Assembly (NCBI RefSeq): GCF_023169545.1
Contig: NZ_AP019769.1
Location: forward strand, 270,001 to 302,000
Origin: Nanobdella aerobiophila
GTDB lineage: Archaea > Nanobdellota > Nanobdellia > Nanobdellales > Nanobdellaceae
Direction: 5' to 3'
Length of the DNA stretch: 32,000 nucleotides
Part shown: positions 8,401 through 17,522 of the stretch, one piece after another
How positions within the stretch are numbered: the stretch's first letter is position 1
Layout: every line of letters begins with the position of its first letter
Translations under genes and position numbers: made by a program
The notes under the pieces: model-generated
Seen by the model: the letters and a program-made list of their open reading frames with translations, nothing else
Database searches by the model: none
Told to the model about the DNA's origin: nothing

Positions 8401-8859
8401 ATGACTGTTTTAAGAGAATATGAATATGAAGACCATACAGCCGATATAAAAGTTATTGGATATGGAAATACTCCAAAAAGAGCTATAGAGGCTTTGGTTT
8501 TGGGTATTAGTAATTTAATATATAATAGCGAGAAAGTAGAAAAAAAGGAATCTTTCGATTATGATCTAGAAGGAAAGGATATATTAGATATAATATATAA
8601 AGTGGCAAAGACTGTCTTAGAAGATTCTTTCTTTAATAAAAATCTTGCTATAAGGGATATACGAGTTAAAAATTTGAAAAGAGTCCGATTAGAAAGTAGA
8701 AAATATAAATGGTACTGTAGATTTTCAGTATATGGAGAAAAATATGATAAAGATAAACATGAATTTAGAAAGGAAGTTAAAGCTGTTACACTACATGATA
8801 TAAATATAACAAAAATTAAGAAAACTTATTGGACAGTTGAATTGGTAGTAGATGTATAA
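8401..8859 (+). CDS. archease (tRNA ligase RtcB cofactor)
   Basis: YEYEDHTADIKVIGYGNTPKRAIEAL, KAVTLHDINITK and C-terminal ELVVDV are archease hallmarks. Confidence 0.93.
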   Translation: MTVLREYEYEDHTADIKVIGYGNTPKRAIEALVLGISNLIYNSEKVEKKESFDYDLEGKDILDIIYKVAKTVLEDSFFNKNLAIRDIRVKNLKRVRLESRKYKWYCRFSVYGEKYDKDKHEFRKEVKAVTLHDINITKIKKTYWTVELVVDV

Positions 8860-9737
8860 GCTATTTCTTTTAATTCCTTTCTATGCTCAAAATATTTATA
8901 TATAGGTATATTTCCAATTAGATAGTATAATAAATCGAATATTATTCCTATAGATAGTACTAAAGAGAATTCTTTAACAGATGGCTCTGGAACTATTAAA
9001 TATAATATTATTAAGGCATATAATGCAATGATCTCCATAGCCATTCCAACTCTAAAGGACATTTTTATCCTTTCTAGAAATGTTTTTTCCTTTTCCTTTA
9101 CAATATTCGTTGATAATACTACATTATTATCTATTGCAAAACCTAATATCATTAGCATAGCTATAAATCCATTTGCACCTATTGGGTAACCAGTTAAAGA
9201 TAGTACTGTCAATAGTCCTAGAATATCAAAAGCGATTGTAGATATTATATTTAAAGTAACATTAGATATTCTATATGCCAAAAATATTATAAATCCAGAA
9301 AGCATCATTACTATAATTACAAACTGTGCAAATTGATTAAATATCAAATTTCCTACAATTGATGAATATTGCTGTATTGATATATCTGAAGGTGATAACT
9401 GAATATTATATTCTGAATTAATTAGATTTACTAGTTCTGTTTCATTTATCTGGTTTTTTGATTCAATATATATTATATTTGGAGTATTATATAATACATA
9501 TTTTGATATATTCATTTGATTAAGAATATTATAAATTTCTGTATTTGTTATATGGTTGTTATTTATTAATGTTATATATCCTCCAGATATTGTTATAGAT
9601 TTATTAATAATATATCCATTTTTAAAGGAATTGTATAATAATATACTTCCGAATAATAAAAAAAGTACGATTGATATTAATATAAACTTTTTATAATTCT
9701 TTTCTATAGAAGATAATAATTTTTCTAATATATCCAT
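8826..9737 (-). CDS. secF: protein translocase subunit SecF
   Basis: N-terminal TM, 'GFIAMLMILGFAIDNNVVLSTNIVKE' (SecD/F TM4 motif), multiple C-terminal TMs, SecF size. Confidence 0.8.
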   Translation of the reverse strand: MDILEKLLSSIEKNYKKFILISIVLFLLFGSILLYNSFKNGYIINKSITISGGYITLINNNHITNTEIYNILNQMNISKYVLYNTPNIIYIESKNQINETELVNLINSEYNIQLSPSDISIQQYSSIVGNLIFNQFAQFVIIVMMLSGFIIFLAYRISNVTLNIISTIAFDILGLLTVLSLTGYPIGANGFIAMLMILGFAIDNNVVLSTNIVKEKEKTFLERIKMSFRVGMAMEIIALYALIILYLIVPEPSVKEFSLVLSIGIIFDLLYYLIGNIPIYKYFEHRKELKEIAYTSTTNSTVQ

Positions 9738-9789
9738 TTTACAATATTTTTAGAAAAATATTTAAATCTATTTAGTAGAAATAAATAGT

Positions 9790-11601
9790 ATGAGATCTTT
9801 TAATTATCTTATAGAGATTATATTAGTTATATCTCTGGTATTAGCTTATGCTATCTATATCAAATTTCCACAAAATCCAGGTACTTATATAAATATTTTT
9901 AATAAATACTATACTCTGTATTCTGGTCTTGCTTCAACATATAATTATAATATATTATCTTATCTAGAAAATAATAACTTCGATATAATATCTTCTATTA
10001 ATTATTTTATCTTTTCAGACGTATTATCTTCTTATGATGAAAAAATAGATATTTATAGTAGTTTAAAATTATATAATATAGAGAATTATTCTTGTTATGA
10101 GTTTTTATATCCATTTCCATACCTGGGTCCTGGCTTGTCGTATACTACTACAGTTAATAATCAGAATGAAAATTATTTTTTAATAGATAATTATAATGGA
10201 GATTATTGTACAAATATAAGTTCGTCGAATGACTGGTATTATGTAGTAGTAAATTATTATAATTCTACTAATATATCGATAATTTTAAATCAATCATATT
10301 TATATAATAATACTATAGATCCATACTCTATATTTGCATATACATATAATCAAAATCCATTATATATTAATTATGTAAATATAAGTTATATTACAAATCT
10401 TCTTGGTTCGTTTCCTATATTAAATATATCCTTAAGTTTACCTTTAAATTACAATCAACCTTTATTAATAATTTTTAGAGCAGATAATAGTACATATAAT
10501 TATTTAACGAATTTTAATAATTATCAATTATCTAATAATATTCCTTCAAATATAGTTGGTTATTCTATATCTCCTTTTAGCTGGGAAACACTATATATAT
10601 CTTCTCAATGTTTAGATCAATCAAAAATATTATATTTTAATAATTATACATATTTTCAATTATTAAATTCATCATATTATCCATCTCAATTATCTGGAGC
10701 TACTTCTATAACTGCTGTTGCTTGGATATATGTAAACAATTATTATTATTATTCTAATTGTGCATCTGGAGAAAATTATGTAAGTGCATTAGCTACTATA
10801 GGAGTAACTTCTTATACAGCATCAACATTTAGACAAATATTATTGCCAATTAATGGAAATTATTATCTAGGAATAGATGAAAGTGGTACAATTGGTTATT
10901 TGCCAAATTATATATTACCATTAAATCAATGGATATTTGTATTTTGGGAATACAATTCTTCTAGTGGGGAATTTTATGCAGGATTTATAAATCAAACAGG
11001 ATTATATTATGGACAATTACAACCAGCTCCCGGATGGAGTTCTCTACAACCATTAAATTTATATTATCCTCCAAATGAGACAATATATCTAGGAACACCA
11101 ACTTCATTATATTCTTCTTCTCCAGAATGTACTTTTAATGGATATGTATATAAAATAGCATTTTATAATAATTTTTTAACATTAAATCAGATAAAAAATA
11201 TATATTATTCTAATAGTTTTAGTTTATATAATCCTGTAGTAGAATATATAAGTTCAAATTATAATCAAAACAATAATATTTTATATGGAAATAATCAAAA
11301 TTACAATTTAGAGGGATATAATGTTGGAGGATATAATATTTTTGAAGATCCTGTAACAGAATTAGATATAAAATATTCATTGCCATTAAATTACCAAGAG
11401 TATATAACTTCTAGTAGCATAAATATTTCATCATGTTATCCAATAAATATAGAATATTCTAATAATTTACAACCTAATATACAATATAATTTTTGGTCTT
11501 ATTTCAATGTAAATCCAGTACCATCAGGATATAATTTATATAGTAATATTGTTTATCCATATGGCCTAAGTTTTTCAAAATTCACAATATATGGCTCGTA
11601 G
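9790..11601 (+). CDS. large Tyr/Asn-rich surface protein, N-terminal TM anchor, LamG/concanavalin-like domain
   Basis: Hydrophobic N-terminus LIEIILVISLVLAYAIYI. LamG-like core ATSITAVAWIYV ... ESGTIGYLPNYILPLNQWIFVFWEY ... ETIYLGTPTS ... FNGYVYKIAFYNNFLTLNQIKNIY. Confidence 0.8.
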   Translation: MRSFNYLIEIILVISLVLAYAIYIKFPQNPGTYINIFNKYYTLYSGLASTYNYNILSYLENNNFDIISSINYFIFSDVLSSYDEKIDIYSSLKLYNIENYSCYEFLYPFPYLGPGLSYTTTVNNQNENYFLIDNYNGDYCTNISSSNDWYYVVVNYYNSTNISIILNQSYLYNNTIDPYSIFAYTYNQNPLYINYVNISYITNLLGSFPILNISLSLPLNYNQPLLIIFRADNSTYNYLTNFNNYQLSNNIPSNIVGYSISPFSWETLYISSQCLDQSKILYFNNYTYFQLLNSSYYPSQLSGATSITAVAWIYVNNYYYYSNCASGENYVSALATIGVTSYTASTFRQILLPINGNYYLGIDESGTIGYLPNYILPLNQWIFVFWEYNSSSGEFYAGFINQTGLYYGQLQPAPGWSSLQPLNLYYPPNETIYLGTPTSLYSSSPECTFNGYVYKIAFYNNFLTLNQIKNIYYSNSFSLYNPVVEYISSNYNQNNNILYGNNQNYNLEGYNVGGYNIFEDPVTELDIKYSLPLNYQEYITSSSINISSCYPINIEYSNNLQPNIQYNFWSYFNVNPVPSGYNLYSNIVYPYGLSFSKFTIYGS

Positions 11602-13537
11602 TCAATTATATCTATATACATTTGTAGTAATTCTAGTATTAGTATTATATTTTTTATCCTATATAAATACATTGTCCGATGAATTTCAATTTTACTCAAG
11701 TTATTATCCAAAATACGGTGAGATATATAAACTACAATATGGAAATAATATATATGAAAATATATTAAATTTATATGGATCAACATTAATTCCAATTACT
11801 GTTTATTATAATTGTTCTTATAGTAATATAGAAGTTCCTAATTATTTTAATTCTACACATGTAATCGTATTAAATTCTATATATCAATTTTTACCAACAT
11901 CTGCAGGTATTAATGATGTATTTTTTAATATAATAAATAATTATTCTACATCTTATTCTAATAATTATTGTGTATTTAATGGATATGAAGCTTATAATAG
12001 TAATTTTAATATTTCTTTAGAATTTAGCGGAAATCCTGCATATTATACATATTTTTATAATAATAATGTATTTTCTATAGATAATTATTATTTAAATAAT
12101 TTAAATAATATACAAAATACATATAATTTTAAATATATAAATAATTATGATTGTTTATACGGAGAAATATCGGAAAATGATATCCAGTATAATTTACCTA
12201 CAATTTCTATAAGTTATTTAAATTTATCTAATGCTACTATTAGTAATAATATAATAAGTGTGAATATATTAAATAATAATATATGTCCAGTAAATTTAAA
12301 TGATATATATTATGGTTCTTATAATATTTCTAAATTTGATTATAACTTTAATACTTCAAATAACAATTATATAATAAATTCTGGTCAACAAATATCAGCA
12401 AATTATAATTATACATATGATACTTTATACTTTTGTTTAGAGTCTTTAGGTATGGAAAATTGTGTACCAATTAATAATCTTCCAATAAATTATTATGTTC
12501 CAATAAATATATATAATAATCAAAACATTGCTACTCCAGAACCATTTCAGCAAGAAATATATATACCAAATACTCTTAATTTATCCAGTTATATAGATAG
12601 TAATGGACAAAATATATTATTTTTTAATCCATATAGTGGTCAGTTATATTATTCTTGGTTTGAAGGAGATAATGGTACAGGTTATATTTGGTGGATAAAT
12701 ATACCTACAGGCATTAATGCTAATAGTAGTATTATAATAAATATAGGAATAGGAAGTACTTCAGAAGATTATTATCAATTATATTATCCATATGTTGGTG
12801 CATCATATAATGTTTTAGGAACATTTAATTATGATAATATTGGATATGTAATGAATCCGGGATTGATGTATCAAATATATGTTAATTATAGTAGTTGGAC
12901 TACTCTTTCCTGGCCAATCCAATATGAAGCACCATTAACTCCGGGTACTTGTATTAATAATAATGGATATTTATATTGTGCTAATTGGAATGTAGATATA
13001 AACGGATCATTACCTTCACTAGGAACAACCCAAAATGTTAATGGAAATAGCGAACCATATGTAGAAGTGAATTGGCAATGGTTGTATTCGGGAGGCTCTC
13101 CTTACCCAAATCCTCCAATATCTAACCCAAGTCCAGAAGGTGTTAATGAAGAAGATTATGGATGGATGATTAACTTTATAGGATTCGTTCAAGTACAACA
13201 ATCCAATACATATATTTATTCTGGAGATGATGATGGTTTTTCAATTACTTATTCTGTTTTTCCAGAACTATATGTAGGATTTTATAATTGGACTACAGAT
13301 AATCCAAATTATGTAATATCTCCAAGTTCTGCATATTACATACACGCTTTTACAGTTTATAGTGGTTCAGTACCAGTAGGAGATTATGCGTTTGGATATT
13401 ATTATTTTGAGGGTTCGATACAGGCTTATACTTCTTTATGGTCAAATAATCCTGTATATTATTATTCTCCTGCTTTACCACCAAATGGAGTTATGCCTTC
13501 TATTTCAATAGGAAATATAAATTCCTGGCCACCCTAA
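11591..13537 (+). CDS. large Tyr/Asn-rich surface protein, N-terminal TM anchor, DUF2341-like and PA14-like domains
   Basis: TLNLSSYIDSNGQNILFFNPYSGQLYYSWFEGDNGTGYIWWINIPTGINANSSIIINIGIG resembles DUF2341. GFVQVQQSNTYIYSGDDDGFSITYS ... YFEGSIQAYTSLW resembles PA14. Overlaps the upstream ORF by 11 nt. Confidence 0.78.
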   Translation: MARSQLYLYTFVVILVLVLYFLSYINTLSDEFQFYSSYYPKYGEIYKLQYGNNIYENILNLYGSTLIPITVYYNCSYSNIEVPNYFNSTHVIVLNSIYQFLPTSAGINDVFFNIINNYSTSYSNNYCVFNGYEAYNSNFNISLEFSGNPAYYTYFYNNNVFSIDNYYLNNLNNIQNTYNFKYINNYDCLYGEISENDIQYNLPTISISYLNLSNATISNNIISVNILNNNICPVNLNDIYYGSYNISKFDYNFNTSNNNYIINSGQQISANYNYTYDTLYFCLESLGMENCVPINNLPINYYVPINIYNNQNIATPEPFQQEIYIPNTLNLSSYIDSNGQNILFFNPYSGQLYYSWFEGDNGTGYIWWINIPTGINANSSIIINIGIGSTSEDYYQLYYPYVGASYNVLGTFNYDNIGYVMNPGLMYQIYVNYSSWTTLSWPIQYEAPLTPGTCINNNGYLYCANWNVDINGSLPSLGTTQNVNGNSEPYVEVNWQWLYSGGSPYPNPPISNPSPEGVNEEDYGWMINFIGFVQVQQSNTYIYSGDDDGFSITYSVFPELYVGFYNWTTDNPNYVISPSSAYYIHAFTVYSGSVPVGDYAFGYYYFEGSIQAYTSLWSNNPVYYYSPALPPNGVMPSISIGNINSWPP

Positions 13538-14256
13538 TATTCTTTACAATCTTGATAAGGATATGATATTATATAAAATCCTTTTGTAAAATAATCTTTT
13601 CTTTTTGCTAATCTAGTTCTAATAATTTGTTCCTTAAATATTCTATTTAAATAATTTAAGCTATAATATAATCCAAGAACCTTATAAAAAGAATATAAAT
13701 GATATCTATTTGGTACTTCTTCTTTTTTCTCTGCAAAAGATCCAATTAAAATATTTAAGTATTTTTTTTCAGCAAATTCTATAAATTTTTTATAATTATA
13801 AAACAGTTCTAAATCCTTTTTTATAGTATTAATATCAATTAAAAATGATAAATTATTTTTTTTAATTTTTTTCATAGAAGAATAACTTATTCCATAAAAA
13901 TAATATTTTTTACTTTTTCTAATAAAATTATTTATTCCATTATAAAAATATTTTTCAGATATCTTTTCATTATAATTAAAATCTTTTCCGATGATATATA
14001 TTAGATCATTATAATATTTATCTGAATAAAATAATTCTGATGCAAGATTTAATGATTTATCTAGATTATCATTATTAATTAAGGCACAATAAAATATATT
14101 TAATTTTTTATAATATAATATATTTTTTATTTTAAATATATCTAGATCCTTTTTATCATTAATATAATAACATAAAACTATATTTTTTATTTTATTTCTA
14201 TAATATTCCTCTAATAATTCTTCTTCATTATCATTTGGTAAACAAAAATCATACAT
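13534..14256 (-). CDS. possible ribonuclease P protein component 3 (Rpp30-like)
   Basis: C-terminal half NYKKFIEFAEKKYLNILIGSFAEKKEEVPNRYHLYSFYKVLGL resembles the archaeal Rpp30 segment with 'SSA...R.P.DL..LG...G'; N-terminal MYDFCLP also fits. Weak family-level similarity only. Confidence 0.45.
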   Translation of the reverse strand: MYDFCLPNDNEEELLEEYYRNKIKNIVLCYYINDKKDLDIFKIKNILYYKKLNIFYCALINNDNLDKSLNLASELFYSDKYYNDLIYIIGKDFNYNEKISEKYFYNGINNFIRKSKKYYFYGISYSSMKKIKKNNLSFLIDINTIKKDLELFYNYKKFIEFAEKKYLNILIGSFAEKKEEVPNRYHLYSFYKVLGLYYSLNYLNRIFKEQIIRTRLAKRKDYFTKGFYIISYPYQDCKEY

Positions 14257-14267
14257 AAAAATAAATA

Positions 14268-14450
14268 TTAATTAGGCTTTTTATATTTATTTTCAACTTT
14301 TTTATAATCTTCCCAGAAATATTCTAAACGATCTATTATTTCTTGTGGTAAACCTTCATAACCGCAATCTAAACATGTCCATCTATTTTCTTTTGCAAAT
14401 AATGGTACTATATTTTTTGAGTGACATATAGGACATATATATTCTGCCAT
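14268..14450 (-). CDS. small zinc-ribbon protein
   Basis: CPICHSKN ... WTCLDCGYEGLP, two CxxC knuckles, 60 aa. Confidence 0.75.
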   Translation of the reverse strand: MAEYICPICHSKNIVPLFAKENRWTCLDCGYEGLPQEIIDRLEYFWEDYKKVENKYKKPN

Positions 14451-14510
14451 TAAAAAATAACACTTTTCTTATATTTAAAGAATTACTAAATATTAATGAT
14501 AATCAATAAT

Positions 14511-15224
14511 TTAAAATAATATTGATTTATATCTTCCCCTTGCTTCTACCTTTTTTAATCTGTCTATTATATCTTTGTATCTATCATTAAAACTTTCTTT
14601 ATATCCTTCAATAAATTTATTAAAAGAACCATATATTTTCCAATGATTAGATTTAAATATTTCTTTAAATAGATGTATATCTACAGCGAAATCTTCGATT
14701 CTTTTAGAAAAAAAACTTAATCCAAAATCTATAAAATATATATTATTATCTTTATAGATCATATTTGCAGTTGTTAAATCACCATGAACAATATTATTTT
14801 TGTGCATAATTCCTATACTTTTTCCAATATTATATAATATATTATTATAATCTAATTTTTCTATATATTCTGATAATTTATATCCATCTATATAACTCAT
14901 TATAATTATTCCAAAATCTTCATCATTATATATTAATTCTGGTACATTTACCTTATTATATAATTTTTCTAATATTTTTATCTCGATTCTTGTTCTATAT
15001 TTTCTTAATCTATTATCTATAATTTCATTTCTATATTTTTTCTTATATCTATATTTTAATATTATTTTATTTTCTTTATAGTTTATTTCAAATTCTTTAT
15101 AATCTATATCTAGTTTTTTTAATAAATCTTTATTAAATCTGAATATATAATTATCTTTTTTTTCATTAGTTTCAATCAAATATAATTTTGCTTCTGCTCC
15201 ATGGCCTATTAATTCATATTTCAT
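14511..15224 (-). CDS. bud32: Bud32/KEOPS Kae1-associated serine/threonine protein kinase
   Basis: GHGAEAKLYLIE, RNEIIDNRLRKYRTRIEIKIL, IVHGDLTTANMIYKDNNIYFIDFGLSFFSKRIEDFAVDIHL. Confidence 0.93.
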   Translation of the reverse strand: MKYELIGHGAEAKLYLIETNEKKDNYIFRFNKDLLKKLDIDYKEFEINYKENKIILKYRYKKKYRNEIIDNRLRKYRTRIEIKILEKLYNKVNVPELIYNDEDFGIIIMSYIDGYKLSEYIEKLDYNNILYNIGKSIGIMHKNNIVHGDLTTANMIYKDNNIYFIDFGLSFFSKRIEDFAVDIHLFKEIFKSNHWKIYGSFNKFIEGYKESFNDRYKDIIDRLKKVEARGRYKSILF

Positions 15225-15354
15225 TAGAGATATTTTATCTAAAAGTTTTATATTCTAATAGATTTTTATTAATCAATGAATCGATTAAGATTATTATGAA
15301 GACAATAAGATAAAATAAGAAATAAAATTCTTAGAAAATTAAAAAATAATAAAA

Positions 15355-16101
15355 TTATAACTTTTCAATCATTTCTTTAAAGTCTATATATTTATTTAAT
15401 AATTTATTAAAATTATCTAAATCTATTTTATCTATATCTTTGTGTTCTAGTCTTTTCATTGTATCATATATTTCTCTAAAATATTCAACTATATCTTTTT
15501 TTATTTTTTTATTTTTCTTCAATTCTTCTAGTTTCTCTACAATATCTTCTGGACTATATACATTTATCTTGTTTTTAATTAAATAATATTGAATTAAATA
15601 TATTACAGAATTATATAAGCTTTCGAATGATTTATTTATTAAAAAATACGAATAATTATATAATTCTTGTGATTTATTTCTCATAGTTTCTAGATATTCT
15701 GGAGAAGTTTTTATCATACCATTTTCTAGCATTCTTTTTAATGAACCATATATACCGGAACTATCAAAAATAACATTACTTTTTCTTAATATATCTAGTA
15801 TTAATGGATCTCCATTTAATATCATATTCCAAAATTTTGTTAATGTTAATGTTGTAGGGTGTATTTTTTTATATTCTTCTTTGGATAATATTTTATTTAA
15901 ATTATCGAAATAGAATGGAATGCTAATATTCAGATCATTCGCATATATATCATCTATCAATATTAATATATCTATATCTGATTTTTTATTTTCTTTGTTT
16001 TGAGCATAAGAACCGAATAAGGCAATTGTTTTTACTAAACCATCTACCTTTTCTATTAAATCTTTTGAAAAATTTATTATTATATTATTTATATCTTCCA
16101 T
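15355..16101 (-). CDS. MNT-type nucleotidyltransferase fused to an alpha-helical (HEPN-like) C-terminus
   Basis: ALFGSYAQNKENKKSDIDILILI is the GSxAxG...DxD motif; the helical tail includes LYNSVIYLIQYYLIKNKI. The start lies 8 nt beyond the pheS stop. Confidence 0.75.
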   Translation of the reverse strand: MEDINNIIINFSKDLIEKVDGLVKTIALFGSYAQNKENKKSDIDILILIDDIYANDLNISIPFYFDNLNKILSKEEYKKIHPTTLTLTKFWNMILNGDPLILDILRKSNVIFDSSGIYGSLKRMLENGMIKTSPEYLETMRNKSQELYNYSYFLINKSFESLYNSVIYLIQYYLIKNKINVYSPEDIVEKLEELKKNKKIKKDIVEYFREIYDTMKRLEHKDIDKIDLDNFNKLLNKYIDFKEMIEKL

Positions 16102-16109
16102 ATAATATA

Positions 16110-17522
16110 TTATTCTTGTAGACTTTTAATATTCTTTGTATGCAATTCTCTTATATCATTTATATTTAGATATAGCATTGCTAGTCTATCTATACCTAAA
16201 CCCCATGCTAATACAGGATAATCTATATTATATTGTCTTAATAATTCTTCTCTAAATACCCCTGCACCACCTATTTCTATTAATCCTAATTTAGGATGCT
16301 CTGCATATACTTCTACAGAAGGTTCTGTAAATGGAAAATATGCCGGATAGAATTTTACATTTTTTGCTTTTATTATATTTATAACTAAATCTCCTATTAT
16401 TCCCAATAATTCTATAAAATTTATATTATCATTCAATACTATACCTTCTAATTGATTGAATTCTATAAAATGTTTTGCATCTATAGTATCATATCTAAAT
16501 ACTTTATTTATTAGAAAATATTTTCCAGGTTTTTCAGGATTTAATAATGTTCTTGCAGATATTGCAGTATTATGAGATATCAACATTGGTTTTTTTGCTA
16601 TATCATTATTAAAATTTTTAAAGTATTTAATTTGTGTATTTTTTACTTTTTCAAATAAATCTTTTGGAAAATCTTCTATATTATTTATATTTTTAATATA
16701 AAAAGCATCCATAATTGATATATCACCTGCTGGATGATCTTGAGGAATAAATAATGTATCTATATTCCAAAAATGAGATAGTATTAAATCATAATTATCC
16801 ATCTCTTTAAAACCCATTGATATTAATTCATACCTTATATTATCTAAAAATTCCAAATATTTATTATATCTTCCAATATTTTCAGGTTTTACTTTAATAT
16901 TAATATCATATGGCCTAAATTTTTTATTTTTATATAATTTTTTATCAAATACTTCTTTATTATATTCTTCTATATAATTTTCAGGATTAAAGTCTCTTAT
17001 TTCTTTTAAACCATTTTCATTTATTTTTGCATAATAAAATATATCATCTTTTTCTTCTATTATACCTTTTCTATTCTTAAATTTATTTATTATTTCTTCA
17101 CTATAATTTCTATTTTTAATATCTATTAAATATTTGTCATCGGTCCCAATATCTTTTATAAATATAATTTTATTATTTTCTATTTTTATACAATTATTTT
17201 TCCTTAAAAATCCTATCGAATATGAAAATTCATTATTATCTAATAATTTTTTAGCCTCATCCATAGATATTTCTTTTTTATCTTTTAATATATCTAGTAG
17301 TCTTCTTTCTGGTAACTTAATATTGATATATTTTTCCCCTAGTTCGGTTAATACATATCTTTTTATTCTTTTTTCTTCTAAATCAATTAAATTTTTTTCT
17401 TTTAAGAATCCTAAAGCTCTTAAAACCTTATATTTATCTTCATTTAATTCTTTAGAAATTTCATTCAATTCTTTTTTATCATTTAATAATTTTAATATTT
17501 TATATTCGAATTCAGATATCAT
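16110..17522 (-). CDS. pheS: phenylalanyl-tRNA synthetase alpha subunit
   Basis: N-terminal winged helices; HPAGDISIMDAFYI, SHNTAISARTL, FRYDTIDAKHFIEFNQLEG, YFPFTEPSVEVYAEHP, LAWGLGIDRLAMLYLNINDIRELH. Confidence 0.96.
   Translation of the reverse strand: MISEFEYKILKLLNDKKELNEISKELNEDKYKVLRALGFLKEKNLIDLEEKRIKRYVLTELGEKYINIKLPERRLLDILKDKKEISMDEAKKLLDNNEFSYSIGFLRKNNCIKIENNKIIFIKDIGTDDKYLIDIKNRNYSEEIINKFKNRKGIIEEKDDIFYYAKINENGLKEIRDFNPENYIEEYNKEVFDKKLYKNKKFRPYDINIKVKPENIGRYNKYLEFLDNIRYELISMGFKEMDNYDLILSHFWNIDTLFIPQDHPAGDISIMDAFYIKNINNIEDFPKDLFEKVKNTQIKYFKNFNNDIAKKPMLISHNTAISARTLLNPEKPGKYFLINKVFRYDTIDAKHFIEFNQLEGIVLNDNINFIELLGIIGDLVINIIKAKNVKFYPAYFPFTEPSVEVYAEHPKLGLIEIGGAGVFREELLRQYNIDYPVLAWGLGIDRLAMLYLNINDIRELHTKNIKSLQE

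Noticed and set aside
11553-11795. Minus-strand 80-aa ORF spanning the junction of the two surface proteins
   Set aside because: Antisense to two confident ORFs; no start context or domain.
13231-13260. TGATGATG in plus strand as a possible C box of another C/D sRNA
   Set aside because: It encodes the GDDDG segment of the PA14-like domain and has no properly spaced C'/D' and D boxes.
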